Below are positions 35,690-45,621 of a DNA stretch of 64,000 bases, in pieces. The stretch is from the NCBI GenBank assembly GCA_009839485.1, contig VXPQ01000001.1, positions 34,711 to 98,710 on the forward strand. Reading direction: 5' to 3'. Both the position numbers and the translations under genes were made by a program. The DNA comes from Bacteroidetes bacterium SB0662_bin_6 (lineage in GTDB: Bacteria > Bacteroidota > Rhodothermia > Rhodothermales > VXPQ01). How positions within the stretch are numbered: the first letter of the stretch is position 1; each line of letters starts with the position of its first letter. The notes beneath the pieces are model-generated. The model had not been told where the DNA came from, did not search any database, and saw nothing but the letters and a program-made list of their open reading frames with translations.

Positions 35690-37392
35690 GGACGGGACCC
35701 GATAGGTGTCAGATCGCCCGTCCCTTCGACAAGAAACACATCCCGACCCCCTTCCACGCCGGAAAACCGCTCGACAAGGCCACTGGGCCAGTACACGGTC
35801 AACGTATCGACTTCCTCATGACTGCCGAGTCCGAACGCAGCCACCGGCTCCGATTGCGAAAGATAACTGGATCCCGTCCGAATGCGCCGTTCCATGGTCA
35901 GTTCGCCCAGTTTGGCCGTAATGCGGGTACCAAGACCGTCGCGATTGCTGGTACGCCCCTCGACATGCACACGCAGATAGCGCCCGGTGGCCGTATCATT
36001 GCGCCAAAGATGCACCGCCCCTCCATTCTCGGTCACGAGAATGTCCTGATCCCCGTCCCGGTCGTAATCCGCATAGGCCGCCCCGCGGCCAACGAGCAGA
36101 TCCGTCCATACCCCTTCTCCCGGAATAAATTCATCGAACACGCTATTCCCCCGATTCAGGAAAAGCTGTGCGGGCTGCCGGTAGCGGATACGGTCGTTCT
36201 CGCCGGTTCTGTCGGGATGCACATGCCCGTTGGCCACAAACAGGTCCAGGTCCGTATCCATGTCCGCATCCATAAGAAACAACCCGAACGTAAGGGACAG
36301 CATGCTCGGGAATCCGACGCGGGACAGGCCCGCCCGCCCGATGAACGATTCCCCCTCCTCATGGCGGTACACCCCGATCATCTCACCCGAAAAATTGCCG
36401 ACGTACAGTGAATAACGGCCCGTGCTGTCCGTAATCCCTGCGTCAATGCCCATGCCGGCGCGAGCTTCTCCGTGTTCGCTGAACGCAAACCCGCTCGGTA
36501 CGCCGATATCGGTGAACGTGCCGTCCGCATTATTCCGAAACAGCAAATCGCCCTCTCCGTCGTTCGCCACGGCGAGATCGGGCCAGCCGTCGAAATTAAA
36601 ATCCAGTTCGGCCACGCCCAGCGATTTGCCAAGCGTCGGCATGAAACCGGCGGCTTCCGTGCGATCCGCAAACACGCCGTTCCCGTCGTTCACATAATAC
36701 CGGCTCTGCACTCCGGTATACACCGCAGGGTGGCAATACAATTTGACCGTTCCCTGCGACGGACAAAAGATGTCCGTTTCGGGGATCCATGCCACATAGT
36801 TCGCCACATACAGATCAACGTCCCCGTCCCGGTCCGCATCGAAGAAGATAGCGGAACTGCTCCAGATGTCGTTCCCCTCCAGGCCCGCCTCGCGGGTGGC
36901 TTCGACGAATCGCCCTCCCTCGTTTCGAAAGAAAAAATTGTCCTCGAGACAGGTAATATAGAGGTCTGCGTCCCCGTCGTTGTCGTAGTCGGCAGCCACC
37001 ATCCCGATCGTATACCCGTCCACGCCGGTGAGCCCCGCGGCTTCCGTTACCTCCGTGAAAGAGCCGTCCCCGTTATTCCGGTACAGAAACAGCGCCTGGG
37101 CCGGTATTTCAGGATCCCAATTCCCTCCGCCAAGGAGCAGAATGTCGCTCCAGCCATCGCCGTCGTAATCGAAGAATCCCCCCCCGGACCCCATTTGCTC
37201 GGGGTACCACTTGTCTCCGGCGGCGCCATTGACGTGCCTGAAGGCGCCAAGCCCGGCTTCCGCAGCCACATTCGTAAAAACAGGAAGCCGGACCCCCTCC
37301 TCATCTGCCGACTGCGGCGTGGAGAGCGAACATGCACTCAACCAACCCGCAGCGAAACAGACAAGGACAGCGCCCGGCCAGCCCGTCAACAA
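35686..37392 (-). CDS. CRTAC1-family (lipo)protein; start uncertain
   Basis: Family repeats and the ASPIC/UnbV C-domain are present. The only in-frame ATG (37473) overlaps the upstream gene by 65 nt. TTG codons at 37392/37389 start just after the upstream stop (37409) and give LLTGWPGAVLVCFAAGWLSAC. Confidence 0.75.
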   Translation of the reverse strand: MLTGWPGAVLVCFAAGWLSACSLSTPQSADEEGVRLPVFTNVAAEAGLGAFRHVNGAAGDKWYPEQMGSGGGFFDYDGDGWSDILLLGGGNWDPEIPAQALFLYRNNGDGSFTEVTEAAGLTGVDGYTIGMVAADYDNDGDADLYITCLEDNFFFRNEGGRFVEATREAGLEGNDIWSSSAIFFDADRDGDVDLYVANYVAWIPETDIFCPSQGTVKLYCHPAVYTGVQSRYYVNDGNGVFADRTEAAGFMPTLGKSLGVAELDFNFDGWPDLAVANDGEGDLLFRNNADGTFTDIGVPSGFAFSEHGEARAGMGIDAGITDSTGRYSLYVGNFSGEMIGVYRHEEGESFIGRAGLSRVGFPSMLSLTFGLFLMDADMDTDLDLFVANGHVHPDRTGENDRIRYRQPAQLFLNRGNSVFDEFIPGEGVWTDLLVGRGAAYADYDRDGDQDILVTENGGAVHLWRNDTATGRYLRVHVEGRTSNRDGLGTRITAKLGELTMERRIRTGSSYLSQSEPVAAFGLGSHEEVDTLTVYWPSGLVERFSGVEGGRDVFLVEGTGDLTPIGSRP

Positions 37393-37408
37393 AAAACCGG
37401 AGATCGGA

Positions 37409-38494
37409 TCAGAAGGAGATATTGACGGCGAAGCGCTGGATTGCGTCGAAAACACCAAAGTCCGTGTAGGCATAATCCACACCGAATCCAATGCCCGAAG
37501 CACTGTATTGCAAACCTGCTCCGAAGCTGAATCCTTCTTCCGAGTCTTCGCCCACAAAAGCGCGCCCCAACCCGCCGCGCAGGGACAGGATGTTCATGAG
37601 CGTGTACTCGCCGCCGACCTTGACATGCTCCGCAAAGTCACGCGGACGCTGCGCATCCACGGAAACCATGAAGGAATGCATGTTCGGATCCATGCTGGTG
37701 AGATCCATCACGTCCATCGAAATACCGATCTGGAACGTCAGGGGAAGTTCGAAACGCTCCCGCTCGTACACCAGCTCCCGCGAGAAATTCCGGGTGCTCA
37801 TAGCGATCGTGAGGCTCTCGAAGCCCGTGTCGTACAGCACGCCGAAATCGACCGCGATGGTATTCAGCGCATAATCCTCGAAGGTGGCGGATGTACCGTC
37901 GTCAAGAGACGTAGCGCCGTCGTCCGAACGCGCCTTGGCGTGCGAGCCCAGGTCCTGCTTGGCGTACTTGACATGCGCGCCTACGGAAAAGCGATCCGTA
38001 AACGACCGGGCATACCCTACGCCTACTGCAAGCGCGGTCGGGTTATAGACCCCCGTATCGATGTAGCCGTCTTCGTTTTCCGCGCGAACCGTGCCCAGAA
38101 AATCCCCGTAATCCACGTTCACAAGGGAAAGGCCGACCACTCCGTAGTTTCCTCCGCCCGGGCGGTACGCCACGCTCGCGGCATTGTACTGGATGTCCAC
38201 GAGGTAGTTCATGATGCCGAATCCCGCACTGAAATTACTCCCCATGCGAGCCATGGAAGCGGGATTGTAAAACATCGCCGACGACGAACCTGTCGTGGAC
38301 GACGTCACGGCGCCGCCCATGGCGGTCGCCCTCGCATCCACGGACGCAGAGAGAAACTTGAAGCCGGTCTGACCGCGCTTGGTCGTTTCCACCTCCTCGT
38401 CCGGGCTGGGGATAAACGTCTGCGAAAACGCCGACGGGGCCGTCAGTAACCCGATGGCTACGAGGAAGCACGTAGTAACAATACTCCTTTTCAT
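37409..38494 (-). CDS. PorV/PorQ-family outer-membrane beta-barrel
   Basis: ATG at 38494 (the track start at 38500 is TTG). MKRSIVTTCFLVAIGLLTAPSAFS signal. ..FKFLSASVDARATAMGGAV..SAMFYNPASM.. signature. Ends ..AVNISF. Paralog of 21015-22052. Confidence 0.7.
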   Translation of the reverse strand: MKRSIVTTCFLVAIGLLTAPSAFSQTFIPSPDEEVETTKRGQTGFKFLSASVDARATAMGGAVTSSTTGSSSAMFYNPASMARMGSNFSAGFGIMNYLVDIQYNAASVAYRPGGGNYGVVGLSLVNVDYGDFLGTVRAENEDGYIDTGVYNPTALAVGVGYARSFTDRFSVGAHVKYAKQDLGSHAKARSDDGATSLDDGTSATFEDYALNTIAVDFGVLYDTGFESLTIAMSTRNFSRELVYERERFELPLTFQIGISMDVMDLTSMDPNMHSFMVSVDAQRPRDFAEHVKVGGEYTLMNILSLRGGLGRAFVGEDSEEGFSFGAGLQYSASGIGFGVDYAYTDFGVFDAIQRFAVNISF

Positions 38495-38581
38495 AATCAA
38501 GCCTGATTGAATGTCGATAAAGGGTCTCGTGTGTAGAGGCCTCGGGGGTGAGCCGACAAACGGCCCACCCCCTTTGCCGGG

Positions 38582-40921
38582 TTACCGAATGACCGTGAAT
38601 TTCCGGAATACCTGATCGTTCGTTGCATTGTCGGTAATCACGGCAATGTAAATACCGCTCACGAGCAACTGCCGGGCACTTGTGGTGAGGTTCCACTTCT
38701 CGTCCCCACTGCCGTCGGTGTGTTCGATCGTCTCGATGAGTTCGCCGATCTCCGAGTAAACCCTGATCGTGCAATCTCCCGGAATGTTGAAGAAAGCGAT
38801 TTCGTCCTCCTTCGTGAAACGAATGGACTGGTCGGAACCGAGATTCACCGGGTTCGGCACTACGCGAACATCCTCGATCGTCCCGGTAGCCCCGAACGGC
38901 GGTCGCTTCAGGTTGGCCGGCTGGTAGGTCTGCGTCAGGTACCGGCTGCTGCGCAGCGGCACGCCTCCGCCGGGAACCCCCGTAAGCCCATTCGGATCGT
39001 TGGGAAGGTTTTCGCCAACCGCAACGAGATAGTAGTAGTAATCCGTACCGCGGACGGCGGTCTGATCGTTAAACGATGTCGCCGAGGCAGCCAGCATGCC
39101 GCTTTCGCAATCGGGACGAGCGCCAGCCAGACAAGTGTATGGCATTTCGTCTTCCACCCGGCGAAGCCTTCCCTCCTGCGCATTCTGGTCCATACTGCTC
39201 AACGCTCCCATCAGATCGCCTGCTTCACGTACGTAGTCGTACGCCGGGCTCCACCAGACATTCCGCTCCGTACGGTACACTTCCCAACCGGTGCGCGTCG
39301 GACCGCCCGACAGCGGCTCCCAGGAAAGTTCGATCTGACCGGGCTTGCCTGCTACCGCAAACGTACTCGGCGGAAGCGGCGGCTGTGCAACGGGGTAGGT
39401 CGTGAAATTGTTCGACGCCTCGTAGACCGCCCTGGCATTCACGAAGTTCTTGAAAAGCGAATCCCTTGCCGTCAGTACCCACTGGTTCTTTGTCTGGGCC
39501 TCGAGCCCCAGATCGTACACGTCATGGAAACTGTACGCTACATCGTCCTTGATGACCCCGTCGCCGTTGGCGTCGTAGCGAATGATCGCATCCCTGTTCC
39601 GACCCGTGAGTTTATACTCCCGGCCGATAGCGAGTGCGGCGTCGAAGTCGAGACCGCCCACGGAACGTGCGAACACGATACGCACCTCATCGCCAAAAGC
39701 CATTTCGTAGGGGCCGTACGCCACCGTTGCGGCGTGGCCTCCCTGGCGGCCCTGGCTCGGATTGTTCGACGGATCCCAGAAATTGCCGTCAGGCTCGATA
39801 CGATCCGCCCACATCGGGCACATACGCGTGCGGGATACATCCGAAGAGCATCCTTCGGGCGCCGGCGTGTGGTCCTCGCGCGTGAGGATGCCGTCTTCGT
39901 AATACTCGAGGTGCGGAGCTCCCGCCGCCGTCAGTTTCTCGTCCTGATCCATGAAGCCGATCGTATGCGGCTGCACATTGCGATCGAAGGAGGCGTCGCT
40001 TATGGAATTCGGAGCGTACAAAGGCATCTCCCCATCGAAATAGGCCCCGGCCAGACGACCCACCGTATCTCCTGTCGCCTGAGACCAGTGCGCTTCGAGA
40101 ATCGGCGCCCCGAGGTTGTCCCAGTTGCCCGCGGAATAATCCGGCTCGTAGCCCTTCCACAGATAATACGCCGTGATGTCGAGCGGATAATCGGCATGGC
40201 CGTCGCCTACGGCGTCCACCATGCTGTACTTGCCCCACACCTGGCCGCCATCACCGATCCATGCGGCCGTATCCGTACCACGCCAGCGATGAATCCAGTA
40301 GAAATAGGTTTCCTCGAGATTCTGGCCATCCAGCTCGATTTCGGGGTCGTCGTCAGTATTCCCCGTATTCGTGAAGAGATACTCGACAATGTGGTATTCG
40401 TCGTGAAACGCATTGCTCCAGGCGTATGCGCGCTTGCGGACGGTGATGCCGATGTTCATGTTCCATACGGATTCCTGAACCCGGTCGGCCGGCAGGTTCG
40501 GATCGACCTCGCTCACAACCGCCACCCGGTCGAACGAAGCCACGCCGTCTACCGTGACCTCCGTGTCCTCCCATTTGGCAATCAACTTGTCTTCCACCGG
40601 AAAGGCGAAATCCACGCCGGGGTCGCGGGGACCGATGCGCGACGTGTAGTACGGATACGCCTGTCCGTTGGGATCCGTCCAGTTCTTGGCGCCGATCCAG
40701 AAGGCTCCGGAGCGCTCGTGCGTCGCATTCCGGTGAATGGCCGGATAGGCCATCAGGTTCGACGTTTCGTTCTTGACGCCCACCTGGGGGTACCCGTCCT
40801 GGTAGTCTCCGATGTCGATCCACGAAACGGTGAACTGGGCAGCGGCCGTACCGGCGCCCAGTACCCCCAACGTGAACGCAAGAACAGCGCCCGTGAAAAG
40901 TTTGTAACTGGCTTTCATCAT
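38582..40921 (-). CDS. secreted 779-aa protein, paralog of 22137-24383, with T9SS type-A C-terminal sorting domain
   Basis: ATG at 40921 gives MMKASYKLFTGAVLAFTLGVLGAGTAAA/QF. Blocks shared with the paralog: YPAI, FWIGAKN, HDEYHIVEY.FTNTGN.DDDPEIE, AYGPYEMAFGDEV, TARDSLF. Ends ..CTIRVYSEIGELIETIEH..WNLTTSARQLLVSGIYIAVITD..KFTVIR. Confidence 0.7.
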   Translation of the reverse strand: MMKASYKLFTGAVLAFTLGVLGAGTAAAQFTVSWIDIGDYQDGYPQVGVKNETSNLMAYPAIHRNATHERSGAFWIGAKNWTDPNGQAYPYYTSRIGPRDPGVDFAFPVEDKLIAKWEDTEVTVDGVASFDRVAVVSEVDPNLPADRVQESVWNMNIGITVRKRAYAWSNAFHDEYHIVEYLFTNTGNTDDDPEIELDGQNLEETYFYWIHRWRGTDTAAWIGDGGQVWGKYSMVDAVGDGHADYPLDITAYYLWKGYEPDYSAGNWDNLGAPILEAHWSQATGDTVGRLAGAYFDGEMPLYAPNSISDASFDRNVQPHTIGFMDQDEKLTAAGAPHLEYYEDGILTREDHTPAPEGCSSDVSRTRMCPMWADRIEPDGNFWDPSNNPSQGRQGGHAATVAYGPYEMAFGDEVRIVFARSVGGLDFDAALAIGREYKLTGRNRDAIIRYDANGDGVIKDDVAYSFHDVYDLGLEAQTKNQWVLTARDSLFKNFVNARAVYEASNNFTTYPVAQPPLPPSTFAVAGKPGQIELSWEPLSGGPTRTGWEVYRTERNVWWSPAYDYVREAGDLMGALSSMDQNAQEGRLRRVEDEMPYTCLAGARPDCESGMLAASATSFNDQTAVRGTDYYYYLVAVGENLPNDPNGLTGVPGGGVPLRSSRYLTQTYQPANLKRPPFGATGTIEDVRVVPNPVNLGSDQSIRFTKEDEIAFFNIPGDCTIRVYSEIGELIETIEHTDGSGDEKWNLTTSARQLLVSGIYIAVITDNATNDQVFRKFTVIR

Positions 40922-41029
40922 GATCTCGTTCGAATGTACAGAATAACTGCCGGTGATTTCATCCCCGGATGGACACGTCGAAGGGGCGACGGACACAATG
41001 CCGCCGCCCCCCGGACGCATCAATTTGCT

Positions 41030-44000
41030 CTAAAAGCTTACTCGCAGACCGAGCGTGACCCGGCGCGGATTCAGGAAGGTATTGAACCGGTGGTTCGGCA
41101 TATCGATGTATGCCTTGTCGTCCAGCACCTGATCCAGCTTACTACCGGAAACCTCTTGCCAGGCGCTGCCCGTCCACTCATGATACGTACCCGTATCGGC
41201 GGCATACACCCAGCCCTTCTCGAAGCCCGCATCGGGAGCCTCCGGCAGCGTGGCCTTGGCTTCGATCGGCTGCCAGGCGACATCCCAGTCGCGGAATACG
41301 CCCGGGCGGTCGTTCCCCGGAACCCATTCGTACGGCTTGGAACTGCCTTCCGGCAACTGGTCGAACATATCCTCCGGCAAATGGAGCGACCGCATGTAAT
41401 CCCCGGCATCGTCTCCCTGACGTTCGAGGAACGCGCCGCCCCAGTTCAAATGCCGCAGATTGAACACATTGTCGATGTCCGCAAACAACTGCAACTGCGT
41501 GGGGCCGGCGGCAAAGTGCTTCGTAAACCGCAGGTCGAAATTCCAGTAATCCCGGTACCGGAGATTGTTGCGCACTTCCGGAATGCTTGCGGCAAAATCG
41601 CCCGCCCAGGTCAGCGCAACGCCCTGACGCCATTCGCCGAGGAGGCTGATCCGGAAATTGCCCAGGGGGGTCTTCCCGCCGACCTCTGGGCCGAAGCCCT
41701 GCGGCGTAAGCACCAGCAGATTCGCGCGGGCGAACGGCTCGGCCACCGGCGCAGACTGCCTGTAGTCCGTGGCGGTGCGCAGCCAGTTCACCATCTGGAA
41801 CGAGTTCTCGAAGAAATTCGAGTACCCGAAGTTGCCCGACTTACGCTGCTGGTAGGTGAAGTTCGCAAAACCCTGGACCCACCTGCCGCGGTTCTTGGAG
41901 ATGCTGAACTCCGCTCCCCGCGTATCCGAGTAATGCCACGGCATCTTCGTAGAGTAATTCACCACGCCGCCAAGGCTCTGGAAATTGACGTTCCGGGTTT
42001 CTTCCTTGTTATCCCGATAGTACCCGGAAACCCGCAGCAGGAAGAGATCCAGCACGTTCTGGTCGAAGCCCAGTTCGTACGCCACCGTCTTGGGCAGGGG
42101 GTGGTTCGGATTCGCGATCTGATCGATGCCGCCCGCCTTGGACTGCTGAATGCCCAGTACGTCGTAGGCGTCCATCATCTGGCGGAAGTGACCGTAGTTG
42201 AAGTACAACTTGCTGTTGGTCGTGATCGGGAAGGAAATGCCTACGCGGGGGCTGACGCCAATCTGGGACCCGACGGATTCTCTTGGAAGATCCTCATCCA
42301 GTCTGTCCCTGTCGAAGCGCAGGATGCCATCGTAGAATCCGTACTGCCACCATTCCGTATTCGGGTCGAAGTAATCGAGGCGCACGCCGAGATTCGCGAT
42401 CATGCCCTGGAATTCGAGCTTACCCTGGACATAGGCGGCGCCCTGTACCGGCGAGCCGTCCCACGGCCAGCGCGCGCCCGACTGCGGGCCTGCCAGCGCA
42501 ATGTTTATGCTCGCGTAGTTCATGTCGTAGTCGCTGTAGATCAGCTCGGCGCCCGTCTGGAAAAGAAAGAAACGATTGAGCTGGCTCGTAAGATCGAAGC
42601 GACCGGTGTACACCGTCACGGACGAGGTATCGCGCGTCTTCACCCAGTGGCCGCCCGTCGATTCGTCCGTCAGGATATTACCGCCGATCCCGGCAAAGCC
42701 AAAGGGCTCCTCACCGGAGCAATACGGCGTAGACGCACCGTCGCCGGTGACATCGGATCCGCCGCCGAAGCACACGAGACCCGCGTGCCCTTCGAAGCCC
42801 GGATTGGGGCGACCGAAGTTGTCCGTCCAGGGAACACGAACGAGTTCATACGGCTGGCAGGACTCGCCATTGGGACCCGTGCCGTCTGCCGAACATACGA
42901 ACGATCCGTCCCGCAGCGTCGGAAGACGGGTCTGGTAATTCGACTCCATGCGCTGCAAGCCCACCTCGTAAAAGGTGTTCTGATTCAGCGTATGCGTGAA
43001 CTGCAAGCCCAGCATGTCGTGATCGACATCGCCGATGGGCCATTGCCCGTCCGTGAACAACTCGTCCCCGCGAATGTCGATCTCCCAGATCTGCTTGCCT
43101 ACGTCACGCCCCTCACTCTGCCACCATGGATACGCCGGGATCTGGCCCGTCCACAACTGCGTGCCCCGGGCGTTTTCATGCCAAAGCTGGCCGCGCTGCC
43201 GCGTGCCGAGCGCATGGGCCGTCAGTTTCATGCCGGGGCCCACGTTGGAAATCAGCTTCACCTGATAGGTATTGTCCGTGTATGCTTCCCGGTCCTGCGG
43301 ATACAGATACGCCGTTTGAGATCCGCGATAAGAAGCAAGGAAGCGCAGACCGCCGAGATGCTGGCTGATACCCGGAATCGGACCGCCGATCGTGATATCG
43401 GCATCGTAATCCGGCATTGTGATCTCGTTGCTCTTGCGCCACATGTAGTGCCAGTATTCGATCATGTCCGCTTCGGTCACGTCGAACCCTTCATCGTGCA
43501 AACGGCTAATAATGCCCGCCCAACCCGGGAACGGCTTGTACTGCCGTGCTTCGTAGGCATCCCATACGCCGCCCGAACCGTTCAGCCGAACCGAGGGATC
43601 CAGCACCGGACGCGCAAACCATGTGTTGCATTCGATGACGGAAGAAGGATAGGAACAACTCGAGGGCAACTGGTGATAGGGATCGAAGGTCTTGTCCTGA
43701 GCCGGCGCAAAACGAAGGAGCGCATCCACCGTGTATTCCGTGCGGGAAGGCTCTTTCGTAGCCACATTCACGATGCCCGAGCGCACGTTTCCGTATTCCG
43801 CGCTGAACCCGCCCGTTTGCACCTGCACTTCTTCAAGCGACGTGTAACTGACGCTGGTCATGGGATCGTTGTGGCGGCCCGTGCGCATCTGCAAGCCGTC
43901 CACAATAAAGGCGACCTCGTTGAGCCCGCCGCCGCGCACTCTCATGCCCGGCTCGATGCCCGCCTGCAGATCCAGCACTTCCGAGACGCCCGCTACAGGC

Positions 44001-44416
44001 AGATCCTGGAAATCCTGGGCGCTCAGGTTCGCCACGTTCGCCGAAACGTCCGCCTGCACAATAGGCTGCTCGGCCACGACGACCACTTCGTCAAGTCCTA
44101 CCGTTTCTTCCTGAATCTGGAAATTAACGGTGGAGGTAAGGTCGGTACTTACCTGAATTCCCTCCTGTACCGACGCCGTGTATCCGATGAACGATGCGCG
44201 CAGGTCGTACGTACCGGGACGCACATTCAGAATGTGGTAGAACCCTTCCGCATCGGTTACGGCGCCTTGCGTCGTCCCCTCGATCACGACATTCACCCCG
44301 GGAAGCGATTCTCCGGTGGCCGTATCGGTTACCTGACCAGCGATCTTGCCTTGCTGCGCCCAGGCAGTGGCCGGGATAAGCAGAGCAAGCGTAAACAGTA
44401 ACTTTGCCAGTCTCAT
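41030..44416 (-). CDS. large (1128-aa, SusC-sized) TonB-dependent receptor
   Basis: ATG at 44416 gives MRLAKLLFTLALLIPATAWA. 62 of the first 79 residues are identical to the 24437-27667 product by hand count. Plug present; ends ..TLGLRVSF. Confidence 0.85.
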   Translation of the reverse strand: MRLAKLLFTLALLIPATAWAQQGKIAGQVTDTATGESLPGVNVVIEGTTQGAVTDAEGFYHILNVRPGTYDLRASFIGYTASVQEGIQVSTDLTSTVNFQIQEETVGLDEVVVVAEQPIVQADVSANVANLSAQDFQDLPVAGVSEVLDLQAGIEPGMRVRGGGLNEVAFIVDGLQMRTGRHNDPMTSVSYTSLEEVQVQTGGFSAEYGNVRSGIVNVATKEPSRTEYTVDALLRFAPAQDKTFDPYHQLPSSCSYPSSVIECNTWFARPVLDPSVRLNGSGGVWDAYEARQYKPFPGWAGIISRLHDEGFDVTEADMIEYWHYMWRKSNEITMPDYDADITIGGPIPGISQHLGGLRFLASYRGSQTAYLYPQDREAYTDNTYQVKLISNVGPGMKLTAHALGTRQRGQLWHENARGTQLWTGQIPAYPWWQSEGRDVGKQIWEIDIRGDELFTDGQWPIGDVDHDMLGLQFTHTLNQNTFYEVGLQRMESNYQTRLPTLRDGSFVCSADGTGPNGESCQPYELVRVPWTDNFGRPNPGFEGHAGLVCFGGGSDVTGDGASTPYCSGEEPFGFAGIGGNILTDESTGGHWVKTRDTSSVTVYTGRFDLTSQLNRFFLFQTGAELIYSDYDMNYASINIALAGPQSGARWPWDGSPVQGAAYVQGKLEFQGMIANLGVRLDYFDPNTEWWQYGFYDGILRFDRDRLDEDLPRESVGSQIGVSPRVGISFPITTNSKLYFNYGHFRQMMDAYDVLGIQQSKAGGIDQIANPNHPLPKTVAYELGFDQNVLDLFLLRVSGYYRDNKEETRNVNFQSLGGVVNYSTKMPWHYSDTRGAEFSISKNRGRWVQGFANFTYQQRKSGNFGYSNFFENSFQMVNWLRTATDYRQSAPVAEPFARANLLVLTPQGFGPEVGGKTPLGNFRISLLGEWRQGVALTWAGDFAASIPEVRNNLRYRDYWNFDLRFTKHFAAGPTQLQLFADIDNVFNLRHLNWGGAFLERQGDDAGDYMRSLHLPEDMFDQLPEGSSKPYEWVPGNDRPGVFRDWDVAWQPIEAKATLPEAPDAGFEKGWVYAADTGTYHEWTGSAWQEVSGSKLDQVLDDKAYIDMPNHRFNTFLNPRRVTLGLRVSF

Positions 44417-44503
44417 TTGCATGACCTTCTGGATTGATGTGAATGACTTCAAAAGGGCGCCTGCCGGGCATATTGCGCGGACAGAACGCCTAAAATCCGA
44501 CAT

Positions 44504-44532
44504 AGGTTACGACATCGTGAATAATAAAGCAA
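44504..44532 (-). promoter_or_regulatory. candidate sigma70-like promoter for the module-2 large TonB receptor
   Basis: The minus strand reads TTGCTT, a 17-nt spacer, then TAACCT, about 90 nt upstream of the ATG at 44416 and next to an A/T-rich tract. Promoter consensus in this lineage is uncertain. Confidence 0.25.
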
Positions 44533-44586
44533 CTCCGAAAATTTTTTCTCTTATCGCTTCCCGGCATGTCCCGGCAGGACGGTCCG

Positions 44587-45621
44587 TCAATCCACGGGGA
44601 TGAAGAGCGTCTTGACACCCCGACGGCGCTCGAACCCTTCGAAGGCCTGCTTCCACTCCGTCACCTCACGGATATCGGTGATGAGCGGTTTCGTACGCAC
44701 CTGCCCGGTTTGCAGCAACTGCAACGCGCGCAGCCAGGCGGCGGGTACGCTCGCGTTACTGCCGGTCACGACAAGCTCCTTGTAGCATACCTGGTCAAGG
44801 TCCCACGCGACCGGTTTACCGAAAAGGCCGATCTGCACATACCGCCCCCCTCGGCGAACAAGGTCCAGCAACCCCGCCGCGGCAGGTCCCGCACCCGAGC
44901 ATTCGTACACCACATCGGCCCCCATTCGTTCAGGCGTAATGCCGGCAACGAGTTCCGAAGGATTATCGCGCTGCACGTTGACGATGTGGTCGGCCCCGAA
45001 CGAACGGGCCATATCCAGACGGTGCCCATCGCTGTCCGTGCCGAGCATAACCACCGTCGCGCCGGCCGCCTTGATCACCTGCAATGTAAGCAGACCGATG
45101 GCTCCGGGGCCCGCCACGACCGCTACATCGCCGGGGGACACGGTCGGGGTGCTCGAAACGCCGTGGACCACGCATGCAAGCGGCTCCGTCAGGGCGCCCG
45201 CACGGAAATCCACATTGTCCGGCAGGACATGGATGTTGGAAGCCGGCACGATCACGTACCGGGTGAACCCTCCGTTGACCGCGGAGCCGATCGAAAGACG
45301 ATCCAGGCACAGGTTGGCGCGCCCGGTGCGGCAATAGCGGCATGCATCGCACGTGGAAAAATAGGTCTCGGTCGTCACGCGAAGACCCGGCGCAAGATGA
45401 TCCACATCGTCTCCGGCGTCCACAATTTCCCCTGCCACTTCGTGTCCGAGCACGACGGGAGGCCGCGATGGAAATTCGGCCTTATATATATGCAGGTCCG
45501 TGCCGCAGATGCCGGCAGCCTGCACACGAATCTTGACCTGTCCGGGAGCCGGGTCGGGTTCGGGGATATCGCGAAGTTCGATATGCCCCACGCCCGGGGC
45601 CACTTTCATTACGGCTTTCAT
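44587..45621 (-). CDS. zinc-dependent alcohol/polyol dehydrogenase (MDR family, sorbitol/threonine-DH-like)
   Basis: ..[23 protein letters not shown].. is the catalytic Zn motif. C..C..C..C structural Zn site ([15 protein letters not shown]). GPGAIGLL Rossmann segment. Confidence 0.85.
   Translation of the reverse strand: MKAVMKVAPGVGHIELRDIPEPDPAPGQVKIRVQAAGICGTDLHIYKAEFPSRPPVVLGHEVAGEIVDAGDDVDHLAPGLRVTTETYFSTCDACRYCRTGRANLCLDRLSIGSAVNGGFTRYVIVPASNIHVLPDNVDFRAGALTEPLACVVHGVSSTPTVSPGDVAVVAGPGAIGLLTLQVIKAAGATVVMLGTDSDGHRLDMARSFGADHIVNVQRDNPSELVAGITPERMGADVVYECSGAGPAAAGLLDLVRRGGRYVQIGLFGKPVAWDLDQVCYKELVVTGSNASVPAAWLRALQLLQTGQVRTKPLITDIREVTEWKQAFEGFERRRGVKTLFIPVD

Noticed and set aside
38720-44401. 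1893-aa ORF on the plus strand spanning two minus-strand genes. Similar giants occur at 10091-12019, 19488-22070, 22128-23366, 25496-26617, 46429-48333, 51398-53059 and 53303-55654.
   Set aside because: For those I checked (38720-44401 and 19488-22070), the ORF is codon-aligned with the real gene on the opposite strand (for example 38720, 38582 and 41030 are all congruent to 2 mod 3). Such a frame stays open whenever the sense gene avoids TTA, CTA and TCA codons, as expected at this G+C content. The products are Arg/His/Gly/Pro-rich with no domain pattern. The opposite-strand genes have clear family signatures.
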